Part shown: one piece after another, positions 50,601 to 58,591 of the stretch
Numbering within the stretch: position 1 is the stretch's first letter
Layout: each line of letters starts with the position of its first letter
Source of the DNA: an archaeon
GTDB lineage: Archaea; Nanobdellota; Nanobdellia; Pacearchaeales; GW2011-AR1
Assembly (NCBI GenBank): GCA_030605415.1
Contig: JAUWIJ010000006.1
Span: 2,335-66,334 of the forward strand
DNA length: 64,000 nt
Direction: 5' to 3'
Notes under the pieces: model-generated
The model's input: only the letters and a program-made list of their open reading frames with translations
Database searches by the model: none
What the model was told of the DNA's origin: nothing
Program-made: the position numbers and the translations under genes

Positions 50601-50740
50601 TTAAAATCTTCATCATTATAACTGAAAATACAATCCTTTACAGCCATCTTTTTTTGATAGGCACTAACACTTGAACTTAAAAATATAATTATAAATAAGC
50701 AAAAAGCAATAGCGCATATTTTTATTTTTTTAGGATGCAT
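47633..50740 (-). CDS. Large surface protein with Cys-rich repeats
   Basis: Signal peptide, CARDB-like LDSNNQIAE, Cys-rich region, TM anchor; last 13 aa resemble the SMC C-terminus. Confidence 0.8.
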   Translation of the reverse strand: MHPKKIKICAIAFCLFIIIFLSSSVSAYQKKMAVKDCIFSYNDEDFNNWDESAQTGIFLKITNNNLVLGETQNPSYEYTVYQPARTYYNNFEYGGTSTIPYLIVRASNEENKVYTKCNYKVGDYRIFFVTFYHNFGSHCAYLTHDFNLTQNIVTESMTGYSYSSLSQYNNTPSSYSRYSGASSQVRTDGIFYIDNKVDSEHSSSTLYNNGFYPNTEPTVTTVMNLDNFASSIFYAYSLIRENGHQSLFSSFGNWFYIDSDMQDAKNMLKPRAISQTFKNENTGKSPYFVANSGNKISAAFTFKNDFGIPLNNIRITRGIYSELMWTGGVGSAGTDIHGFDSRKTDYVDFLPGEEKTIYYDMIIPEGGVFPHLRGRRYVYGDSPYSSHAPSWPPIGSDEVDYLGFLRFDPRIQLEKTPEGIYQPVFNMTTELLVATSYAYTPVIKPSDYALLAELYLNGEKIDNFTIILDDAEFAKMGKTELTEGSTTEHTIIIPIKNEYKEEGGQCYIELYSVKLTEPFKDKKIASIVKSPYFKAGDIAYSYDDTLNFGIGSQIDSEKIVIFNPSFYENDIDLTIGSWSDENNFMLSWDGNSFSKNPSQTIHLYPLQSKEITFWINATYDPWVASSILENLKINTQANLKTDDGIITKNKDLDFILDVDKDALNWFNINPVRFDPEIIFLDNLNSTKNEEITLSWNIEGSDSAWEELAGNSYEVEIKLINGSNPDGEVLKETTAIFYISEDEVTKLTFDFDFSYGEYLVVLDLDSNNQIAEILSSGDSGEEDNYNLFQIPFLVTHCYYSEDDGYMHRINFFGEDVIDKENKCECPSPFITIPDEGYCADPYSEICSTFNLYSICNDWSQSKSGLCGWDCDGTSCPPSSVDDGTCLNCSIIPNTCSGYNNEETCEIDPCYKALLYDCVAFSCDTSQEYGCVWDDTFNQCNFKSTIDGKSCSYFGNIIGECNETNDKIIVNYTSDDIGCDDRIRETMCGHDTVLLNFFSKLSLIFAILTIIFFYIIENKKVKKQLQKNISKIISLKI

Positions 50741-51242
50741 ATTGTCCTGGATAAAATCTATCTGTGTCTTGCGGGATACTTATAGGTATGTTATTTATTT
50801 CTATTTCACAATTTTGTTTTAAATCATCATCTTCAATTTGCCAACACAAATCTAATCTTATATTCATTATCGCTATTTTGTAAAAACATTCATCTTTCAA
50901 ATTTTCTATTTTTTCACATTTTTCTTCGATGTCTGGACTTGAAAAAAGCAAGTTACAGTTTAAATCAAATTCTTCCATTTCTAAACATTTTTCCATCTCC
51001 GCAATATCTTGGATGTTTTTCTGTGGTTCCTCATTTTTTGCAATTATTGTTTCAGAATTATCTTCAGAATCATCTGTAAAAATAAAATAAAAAGTCGCAA
51101 TTAATCCTATAAAGATTATCGCTGGGACTATTAGCCAAATTAACTTTGATTTATTAAAATTGGAAATATGGTTTGTAGTCAAATCGGAATTATAGTTCTG
51201 AATTTTTTGTGGTTGCTTTTCCATTTTTACCTCTACTAACAC
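50730..51242 (-). CDS. Membrane-anchored Cys-repeat protein
   Basis: TM helix then CEKIENLKDECF..LCWQIEDDDLKQNC. Confidence 0.7.
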   Translation of the reverse strand: MLVEVKMEKQPQKIQNYNSDLTTNHISNFNKSKLIWLIVPAIIFIGLIATFYFIFTDDSEDNSETIIAKNEEPQKNIQDIAEMEKCLEMEEFDLNCNLLFSSPDIEEKCEKIENLKDECFYKIAIMNIRLDLCWQIEDDDLKQNCEIEINNIPISIPQDTDRFYPGQYAS

Positions 51243-51332
51243 AGGTTGAAACTCTTTTTATAATTATTGTTTACACTTTTCAAGATTATAAATAATAGAA
51301 GCAATTAAAAACATCTTTTTCTTATTTAGTTT

Positions 51333-51809
51333 ATGAAAACTGTCGCTGAAAAACGAGGTCTGTCTCCTGTGATAGCGAGTGTTCTTATGATATTATTGGT
51401 TTTAGTTTTGGCAGCTATAATTTTTTTGTGGGCACGTGGTTTTATTAGTGAGCAGATTGAGAAATTTGGGAAGCCAGTTGAGGAGTTGTGTTCGTCGGTA
51501 GATTTCAGTGCAGTAATTGTCGATAGTGGAGGATATAGTATTTTGGAAATTGTCAATAGGGGGAATGTGGACATTAGTGCATTTGAGATTAAGATGTATT
51601 CTGGTGGAGATTCTGAAATTGTTAGTTTTGATATAGGTGTTCCTGTTGGAAAATCGGTAAGTAGCGAGGTTGTTTTGGACGTTATGCAAAATGGCAATGT
51701 TCCGGATAAGGTTGAAATTTTTCCTGTATTAACTGGAAATGTTCGTGGTAAGAGTTCATATAAAGTTTTTACTTGTCGTGAATATCCTACTCCTTTGTTA
51801 GATTTTTAG
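51333..51809 (+). CDS. Archaeal type IV pilin-like protein
   Basis: Class III signal peptide KRG|LSPVIASVLMI. Confidence 0.88.
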   Translation: MKTVAEKRGLSPVIASVLMILLVLVLAAIIFLWARGFISEQIEKFGKPVEELCSSVDFSAVIVDSGGYSILEIVNRGNVDISAFEIKMYSGGDSEIVSFDIGVPVGKSVSSEVVLDVMQNGNVPDKVEIFPVLTGNVRGKSSYKVFTCREYPTPLLDF

Positions 51810-51837
51810 AGAGACTATTTTTGAGATGTTTAGAAAA

Positions 51838-52101
51838 TTAATTGCTTTCAATGAGTCTTTCAATTTTTGCCTTTTCCCGAATGTTCAGTGAAATTTCTAA
51901 TCCATAATTAGTTGGTTTTGATAATAGTAGTCCTTTTTTAAGAAGTTCCTCAATAGCTTTTTTGACCTCTTTCCCACTTCTGAGAAATTCCGGGAGACCT
52001 TTTGGAAGATTATGAATACTCGTATGTTTATGTAGCCACATTCTTTTTCTGACGAGCTTTCTTAAAATAAATTTCTTTACATCTTCTCTTTCATTATTCA
52101 T
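51838..52101 (-). CDS. Small basic hypothetical protein (winged-helix-like)
   Basis: HKHTSIHNLPKG...LLKKGLLLSKPT..EISLN. Confidence 0.7.
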   Translation of the reverse strand: MNNEREDVKKFILRKLVRKRMWLHKHTSIHNLPKGLPEFLRSGKEVKKAIEELLKKGLLLSKPTNYGLEISLNIREKAKIERLIESN

Positions 52102-52224
52102 AATTTATTATAACTTAATATGTTTAAAAGATTTTAGTAATTGCCCCGATTTGATAATCGCCAAAATAATAATCTAAGTTAATAAAATAGAAATGTTTAA
52201 ATACGTCCTTATTTTAAAGAAAAA

Positions 52225-52557
52225 ATGGAACAAGGAGAACAGAGTGTTTTTGTAGAATATTTTGGAGGTTCGCCATATATTAAGATTTTGGATTTTTTAA
52301 TTCAGGGACAGGATTTTGATTATGGTATGACAGAAATAGCTCGGGGAGCAGGAGTTGGATGGAGTGCCTTTAGCGGTGTTTGGATAAAACTTGTAGATAA
52401 AGAGATGGTTGTTCCGACGAGAGAAATTGGGAATGCAAAATTATTTAAATTAAATAAAGAAAATCCTTTTGTAAAGAAATTGATAAAATTAGATTGGGAA
52501 ATAACCAAGTTTGAGAATGATAAATTTTTGAAGAATTCAGCTCAGGTTATTGTTTAG
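52225..52557 (+). CDS. Winged HTH transcriptional regulator
   Basis: TEIARGAGVGW..TREIGNAKLFKLN. Confidence 0.8.
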   Translation: MEQGEQSVFVEYFGGSPYIKILDFLIQGQDFDYGMTEIARGAGVGWSAFSGVWIKLVDKEMVVPTREIGNAKLFKLNKENPFVKKLIKLDWEITKFENDKFLKNSAQVIV

Positions 52558-52582
52558 ATTTTTAAGCTAACTATTTTTTAGT

Positions 52583-52921
52583 AAATTTAGGTCAGCTTCG
52601 CTTCCAAAATTCAGAACTCAGAACTCAGTACTCAGAACTTAGACGAGATCTCAGATCTCAGTACTCAGAACTTAGAGGGGGAACTGGGAACTGGGGAGCG
52701 GGGAACTGGGGGTAGGGAGCGGGGGGCGGGGGCAGGGGGGCGTGCCCCCGGGGCAGGGCTTTCGGGAGTGGTAGTTCTAAGTTCTCAGAGCGAAGCGGTC
52801 TCAGTTCTAAGAGCGAATGAAATGAGCGGTCTCAGTTCTGGAACAAAGAGCAAAGCGGTCTCAGTTCTCAGAGTGGAACGGTCTCAGTTCTAAGTTCTAG
52901 GAGAAGTGAAACGACCTAAAC
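52583..52921. mobile_element. MITE-like composite heptamer element with ~20-bp imperfect terminal inverted repeats
   Basis: aatttaggtcagcttcgcttc ... gaagtgaaacgacctaaact; tcagaac arm, G core, gttctca arm; flanked by smc 3'-end copies. Confidence 0.7.
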
Positions 52922-53451
52922 TTTTAAACTAACTATTTTTTAGATGTTTTCCTGCATTATGCTTCCTTTTTTAGAAAAAAAGGTTCCCTGGCACTTCGGT
53001 GGGTGCCTTCTGCGGAAGGCAAATCAAAAAACTTATATCGGTGAAAGTAACATTAAAAATGTTTCATGTTTTTCTCATGTGTCCGAAAAAACTGTGGGAG
53101 CTTCGCGTTGTAATCAATACAGTTATACCCTTACAGATTTATCATTACTTTCGGTTGGACTGGAAATATAAATCAATCACGTCCCGTGGCGACGTTCTAA
53201 CAAAATGTCCACTTTGATAATTTTCAAACTTCTTCGTCACCCACAAGTAGACCGACAATATTTATATAATTTTAAATCATTAAGAATATGTTATGAAAAT
53301 ATGTAGATTTAAGATTCCTGCCAAAAAGGTAATGTTTTTGTCAAATTTTCATGCCAAAAAGATCATAGAAAAAGATTACATCCTCGACGATATAAATATT
53401 ATTTCCTGCCAAGATAGTAAGGTTTTTAAATAAAGAATCTTTATTATAATT

Positions 53452-54408
53452 ATGAGTCACATAGAAATTAAAAAAACAAAAGGCAATAATTATGCATCTT
53501 TTGTAAAGAAAGTAGTTTTTATGGGAGATCTTCATGTCATTAAAAAAAGCATGGGATTACAATCCTCAACTATTAATAAAGAAAAATTTTTATTCGATAA
53601 TCTTGATTTAATAACAAAAGAAGAATTTGATTTTAGAAAAAAATATTTAAATCAGATTAGCTCGAAAATTTCTCACAATGAAAAGTTGCCAGAAAAGATA
53701 GAGTTAGCTTCTATAAGATTAAATAATTTAATCGATGCTAAAAATTGTCAAGAAATGGTTGATATAGAATTTGCTAAAGAATTTATTTTTAATTCAAATA
53801 ATATTGAAGGATCTAAAATTCCTCCTCATGCCGTTAGGGAAATTATCGATAAAGGAGATACTAAATATTCTGACAAAAATGAGGTCAAGGAAGTAAAGAA
53901 TTCCATCGAGGCATTTAATTATTTGAAAAAATCCTTTAAATTTAATATTCTCTCTATGAAAAAACTTTATCATGTTTTGACAAAGGATTTAGAAATGCAA
54001 AAAGGGATTCTTTACCCAAGGGGTTTTAAAAAAGTTCAAAACGTAGTGGGCAATTCTATAACCACTGCTCCAGAAAATGTAGAATCTGAACTGATTGATT
54101 TATTAAAATGGTATAGAAAAAACAAGAATAAAATTCATCCTTTGATTTTAGCCTTTGAATTTCATAAGCGATATGAAGGAATCCATCCTTTTTTAGACGG
54201 CAATGGAAGAACTGGAAGATTGATTACGAATAAGATTCTTATGAGTAATGGATATCAGCCGATAATAGTTTATAAGGATAATAAAGAATCGTATTTCAAT
54301 TCTTTGGCTAAAGCTAATGAGAGTATATCAAAAAAATATTACCAGTTCATGCTGGAACAAACAAGAAAAAGTTATGATTTCTTAGAAAGTGTTATAGAAA
54401 AATATTAA
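53452..54408 (+). CDS. Fic family protein
   Basis: HPFLDGNGRTGR motif; SNNIEG. Confidence 0.95.
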   Translation: MSHIEIKKTKGNNYASFVKKVVFMGDLHVIKKSMGLQSSTINKEKFLFDNLDLITKEEFDFRKKYLNQISSKISHNEKLPEKIELASIRLNNLIDAKNCQEMVDIEFAKEFIFNSNNIEGSKIPPHAVREIIDKGDTKYSDKNEVKEVKNSIEAFNYLKKSFKFNILSMKKLYHVLTKDLEMQKGILYPRGFKKVQNVVGNSITTAPENVESELIDLLKWYRKNKNKIHPLILAFEFHKRYEGIHPFLDGNGRTGRLITNKILMSNGYQPIIVYKDNKESYFNSLAKANESISKKYYQFMLEQTRKSYDFLESVIEKY

Positions 54409-54462
54409 ATATTTATCCACTCACCAAAGACACACATCTCTAGTCACGGCGGCTGGGGCATA

Positions 54463-57333
54463 CTAGATTTTTAAACTAACTATTTTTGAGATGTTTTCTT
54501 GCATACTTACTCCGTAGAGATTTTTGGCTTCGGAAATTAAAGTGTCGTTGTGAGTTATGACGATGTATTGACCCGTTGTTATGTATTTTTTGAGGAGGGC
54601 GGCAAGGAGTTCGGAGTTACGTTTGTCAAGGGCGGCATCAATTTCGTCGAAAACATAGAAGCAATATGGTTTGTATTCCTGGATTGCAAAAATCAGCGAG
54701 AGGGCGACCATTGTTTTTTCTCCTCCCGAGAGAGAAGTGACGTCGAAATATTTATTTCGTGAAACTTTTATTATAATATTTAATCCACCTTCAAACGGTC
54801 CTTTTTTGTTTTCGAGTTCGAGGAATACCTGACCTTTTCTGGAAAGCTGCGAGAAATTTCTCGTAAAATATTCGTTGATAACAGTTAAGGTTGTGATAAA
54901 TGATTTCTTTTTCTTTTTGTCAATTTCGGCGATGATATTTTGGATTTTATCTTTTTCTTTTGAAATTATTTCGACTTTGTTTTGAATTAGTTGGACTTGT
55001 TCGCCCACTTTATCAAACACTTCAAGTGCTCTTAAATTTACATTACCAAGTCTTGATATCCGAAATTGTGATTTTTGCAGTCGTTCTTTAATCTGATTAG
55101 TTGGCATAGCGAGGAGTTTGACTTGCCCTATTTCAGATAGCTCAGATTTTAATGAATCAATTTGAGCGGCGAATTGCGCTTTCTGAATTTTGTTGTGATT
55201 TATCTTATCTTCGATATTTTTTACAGTGTGTTGCATTCCTATAATATCAGTTTCCAAAACTTTTTGCTGGTCCTGCAATTCGTTTCTTTGATCGAAGAAT
55301 TTTTGCGCTTTTTCATATAATTTTTGTTCTTCGATTTCTTTTTTAACTGCGTCTTTATCTTTCTCTGTAATTTGCGATTCTATTTTTCGCAACTCTATTT
55401 CGGATTCTTCTATATCTCTCATGACTGATTTCAACTCAACAGAAAGTCGATTAATTTCCTTTCTTTTTATTGTAATTTCTGTATCGACATCCATATCAGC
55501 GAATGAGATTTCCTGAAGGGTTAGTCTTGCTTCGTCATATTTTTCTTCAATATTTTTTAAGTTTTCGTATTTACTTCTTATTAAATGAATTTTTTCATTG
55601 GTCGATTTTAATTCTTCTTTTATTTCTGTTTGATTTTTTGTGATTCGTTTTATTTGCTCTTTTTTTTCTTCCGAATTTTTTAGTTTTATTTGATCAATGT
55701 CAAGTTCGTTAAGTTTTGTCCTCAGCGTCGACAATCTTTCCTTGAAGTGGTTTGTTTTTTTGACTTCTTCAGTTCGTATTTTAATATTTTTTTCAACTTC
55801 ATATTTTGCTGATTCTATTTTTGCACTTGCCGTTGTTGATATTTTGTGTTTGTGACTGTCTTCAACATTTTGTTTACAGATGGGGCAGAATTGTAATTGA
55901 GTAATATCGGTTTTCAGTTTCTCCTCTCTTTTTATATTCATTTCTAAGATTGCGTTTCTCTTTTCTCTTTCAAGGATTTCTCTTTCAAGATTTGATATTT
56001 GCTCAATTACCGTTTCAATTTTTGATTTTGTTTCGATATTCAATTCTTTGTTTGTTTCAGTTGATTTTGAATATTTTATTTCGTTGAATGATGAAGTGAT
56101 TGTTTGTTCGATTAGTTGAATTTCTTTAGATGATTCAATGAGGAATTTTTCTTTTTGAGATTTTTGATTTTCTAAGGTTGATAAGTCTGATTTTAAAATG
56201 TAGAATTTTCTTCTTTGCTGTTCGAGGATGTCGAATTTTTCCTGAAGGATTTTTTGTTGTTTTTGTTGTTCTTTTATTTCCGGAGAGGCAGTTTGTATTT
56301 TTGATATTTCGAGATTTAGTTTTTCTATTTTGTTTTTGAAGTTAGAGATTTTTTCTTTTCCCTGAATCATTCTATTGTTGAAGTTTTCACGACGGACATC
56401 TAATCCTGCAAGGTCTGCTTTTAGGTCTGAGATTTCCCGATGTAATACTTCCTGTTCGTTACTGGTTGAAGATTGAATTTGTTTATTTATTATTAGTATT
56501 TTGTTTTGCAGGTTATTAACGCTAGAATTTTTTTCATAAATTTGTTTTCGGAGTTTCTCGATTTCAGAGTTGTAATCTTCGATAGTTTTGTTTATTTCAG
56601 AAGTTTCTTTTTCTTTGCTATTTATTGTTTTTGCTATTAGAGTTGCCTTGCATTGTTTGATTGTAGTTTCGAGTTTTTGATAAGAGATTGCTTCTTGTCT
56701 TTCTTTGTCGAGATTTTTCAAATATGATGTTCGTTCTTTGAGGACAGCTGTGACTTCTTTTAGTTTTTCGTCGGTCTTTTCAAATTCTTTCAGAGATTTT
56801 TGTTTTCGTGTTTCGTAAATTGAGATACCTGCTACATCTTCTATTATTTTTCGCCGTTCTTCCGGAGTTGCTTGAACTAAAGATTGTATTTCGCCTTGGA
56901 GCACAATGTTAAATCCGTTTGGGTCGATGCCAGCTTGAGCCATAAGTTCCAAGATGTCTTGTCGGGTTTTTGTTTGTCCGTTTATTCTATAAATTGATTG
57001 TCCGGTTTTTCGGACGATTCGTTTAATTGTAACTTCTGATGTGTCGATACCGAATGTTTTATCGGAGTTGTCGAAGACTAATTCTACTGATGCTTCTTGT
57101 GAGCCTTTGTATGTTTTATTTCCTGAGAAAAGTAAGTTTGCGGCTTTTGCGGCCCGAATTGATTTAATTGAGAGTCGACCGAGGACAAAGCAGAGTGCGT
57201 CGGTGACGTTTGATTTTCCACTCCCGTTTGGTCCGACGACAACGTTCATTGTGTTTTCCAGTGGTATCTCGGTTTTTCGTGCGAAAGATTTGAACCCATG
57301 CATCACCATCTTTTTTATATATGTCATGGGCAT
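54463..57333 (-). CDS. smc: SMC family chromosome segregation ATPase with central CPIC motif
   Basis: GFKSF, GPNGSGKSN, LQGEI, LSGGEK, FDEIDAALD, ITH; long coiled coils. Confidence 0.9.
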   Translation of the reverse strand: MPMTYIKKMVMHGFKSFARKTEIPLENTMNVVVGPNGSGKSNVTDALCFVLGRLSIKSIRAAKAANLLFSGNKTYKGSQEASVELVFDNSDKTFGIDTSEVTIKRIVRKTGQSIYRINGQTKTRQDILELMAQAGIDPNGFNIVLQGEIQSLVQATPEERRKIIEDVAGISIYETRKQKSLKEFEKTDEKLKEVTAVLKERTSYLKNLDKERQEAISYQKLETTIKQCKATLIAKTINSKEKETSEINKTIEDYNSEIEKLRKQIYEKNSSVNNLQNKILIINKQIQSSTSNEQEVLHREISDLKADLAGLDVRRENFNNRMIQGKEKISNFKNKIEKLNLEISKIQTASPEIKEQQKQQKILQEKFDILEQQRRKFYILKSDLSTLENQKSQKEKFLIESSKEIQLIEQTITSSFNEIKYSKSTETNKELNIETKSKIETVIEQISNLEREILEREKRNAILEMNIKREEKLKTDITQLQFCPICKQNVEDSHKHKISTTASAKIESAKYEVEKNIKIRTEEVKKTNHFKERLSTLRTKLNELDIDQIKLKNSEEKKEQIKRITKNQTEIKEELKSTNEKIHLIRSKYENLKNIEEKYDEARLTLQEISFADMDVDTEITIKRKEINRLSVELKSVMRDIEESEIELRKIESQITEKDKDAVKKEIEEQKLYEKAQKFFDQRNELQDQQKVLETDIIGMQHTVKNIEDKINHNKIQKAQFAAQIDSLKSELSEIGQVKLLAMPTNQIKERLQKSQFRISRLGNVNLRALEVFDKVGEQVQLIQNKVEIISKEKDKIQNIIAEIDKKKKKSFITTLTVINEYFTRNFSQLSRKGQVFLELENKKGPFEGGLNIIIKVSRNKYFDVTSLSGGEKTMVALSLIFAIQEYKPYCFYVFDEIDAALDKRNSELLAALLKKYITTGQYIVITHNDTLISEAKNLYGVSMQENISKIVSLKI

Positions 57334-57468
57334 GAGAGGAAATTTGGGTTTTTAAAAATATATATTTTTGAAAATTGTCCAGTAGGTATCTTTGGTGAGC
57401 TACCCAGTAGGTGATCTGGTGAGCTAAAGTTTTTACTCAGTAGGGGATGTGATTTAGGGGTTGTCAAG

Positions 57469-58122
57469 TTAGAATAACTTTTCCTGATTTTTGGCTTTGA
57501 TAAGTTTCTTAACAGTCTTCCACGAGAATCGGATTATGTGTTTGTATTTTTTATTGTTGAAATTTTTTGCGATGAATTCTTTTGTTTTTGGGTCGGCGGG
57601 ATAGCCTGAGCCGAAGTTTTTTTTGAGTTGTAATTTTAGTTTATAAATTTCATCTTCTCTTTTTTCTTTGGCAATGATTGATGCGGCTGATACAACTGGG
57701 TGATTAAAGTCGGCTTTATGCTCGCAAGATAGTTGGACAATTTCTGGTTTTTTAATAAGTTGTTGGACGTCGTCAGACCATGCCTGAATATTTACAGAGG
57801 GGCAGTCGACGATGACCTTTACTTTTTCATTTAAATTTTTAGTTAATTCGTTAATTATTTTTGCAGTTTTAATCGCTTCAAGGTAATTAAGATTTGAGGA
57901 TTCATCAATTTCTTTTGGCTGTGTGATTTCGATGTGATATTTGAATTGTTGTTTTATTTTTTCTTTTATCTCTCTTCTTATTTTTGGAGTCAAGAGCTTT
58001 GAATCTTTCGCACCCCAAGATTGAATTATTTTTTCCTCTTTTGGTTTAATCAGAACGCCCGCCAAAATCATTGGGCCCAAGACTGGTCCCCGTCCTGCGT
58101 CGTCGATGCCTAAAAGTTTCAT
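57469..58122 (-). CDS. rnhB: Ribonuclease HII
   Basis: GIDDAGRGPVLGP, DSK, VSAASIIAK, GSGYP. Confidence 0.95.
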   Translation of the reverse strand: MKLLGIDDAGRGPVLGPMILAGVLIKPKEEKIIQSWGAKDSKLLTPKIRREIKEKIKQQFKYHIEITQPKEIDESSNLNYLEAIKTAKIINELTKNLNEKVKVIVDCPSVNIQAWSDDVQQLIKKPEIVQLSCEHKADFNHPVVSAASIIAKEKREDEIYKLKLQLKKNFGSGYPADPKTKEFIAKNFNNKKYKHIIRFSWKTVKKLIKAKNQEKLF

Positions 58123-58173
58123 GTAATTATATATTAGTTAGATTTAAAAGTCTTGAGTATGATTTCTTTCCAT

Positions 58174-58354
58174 AGCGAGATGGAGCAGTCTGGTCAGCTC
58201 GTGAGGCCCATAACCTCGTTTCGGATTAGAAATCCTCACTAAGTGTTCATCCTTCACACTTAAAGGTCGTGTGGTTCAACCGTCGCTTCGGAGAAGCTCG
58301 GCCGAAATCTTACAGATTTCTAAAAGTCCATAAAGAACTTTTTATCACGCTCTA
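58174..58354 (+). pseudogene. Doubly interrupted copy of tRNA-Met
   Basis: First 44 nt identical to the tRNA at 58402; inserts at 58218-58262 and 58280-58343; incomplete 3' acceptor strand. Confidence 0.85.
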
Positions 58355-58401
58355 TTTTTCAAAAGAAAGCTTTATAATGCGTTTTTATCATTTAATATTA
58401 T

Positions 58402-58477
58402 AGCGAGATGGAGCAGTCTGGTCAGCTCGTGAGGCCCATAACCTCAAGGTCGCGTGGTTCAAATCCCGCTCTCGCTA
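58402..58477 (+). tRNA. tRNA-Met(CAT), probably initiator
   Basis: AGCGAGA/TCTCGCT stem with A1-U72; tgagg-ccCATaa-cctca arm. Confidence 0.92.
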
Positions 58478-58591
58478 TTTTGTTTTGAGCAGGATTTGAA
58501 ACTAAGCGACTCGCGTGGCGAAAACCTTTGCTCGAATTTTTTGTTATGTTGTTTTCTAAAACTATATAAGTTTTATTTTGTTTATATTTTT

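Noticed and set aside
52611..52900. Possible CRISPR array in the repeated AGAGC...GGTCTCAGTTCT blocks
   Set aside because: No unique spacers of regular length, degenerate repeats, and no cas genes in the window.
47633..54463. Provirus, conjugative element or diversity-generating retroelement
   Set aside because: No integrase, capsid, relaxase, reverse transcriptase or template/variable repeat pair recognised.
57379..57446. Two to three imperfect repeats ccagtaggt...ggtgagcta upstream of smc
   Set aside because: Real but unassignable; possibly a regulator site, with no further copy seen apart from an 11-bp inverted match near 54420.
58218..58343. Inserts in the tRNA-Met copy as true archaeal introns
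   Set aside because: No clear bulge-helix-bulge seen by eye, the 3' acceptor strand is incomplete, and an intact gene follows.
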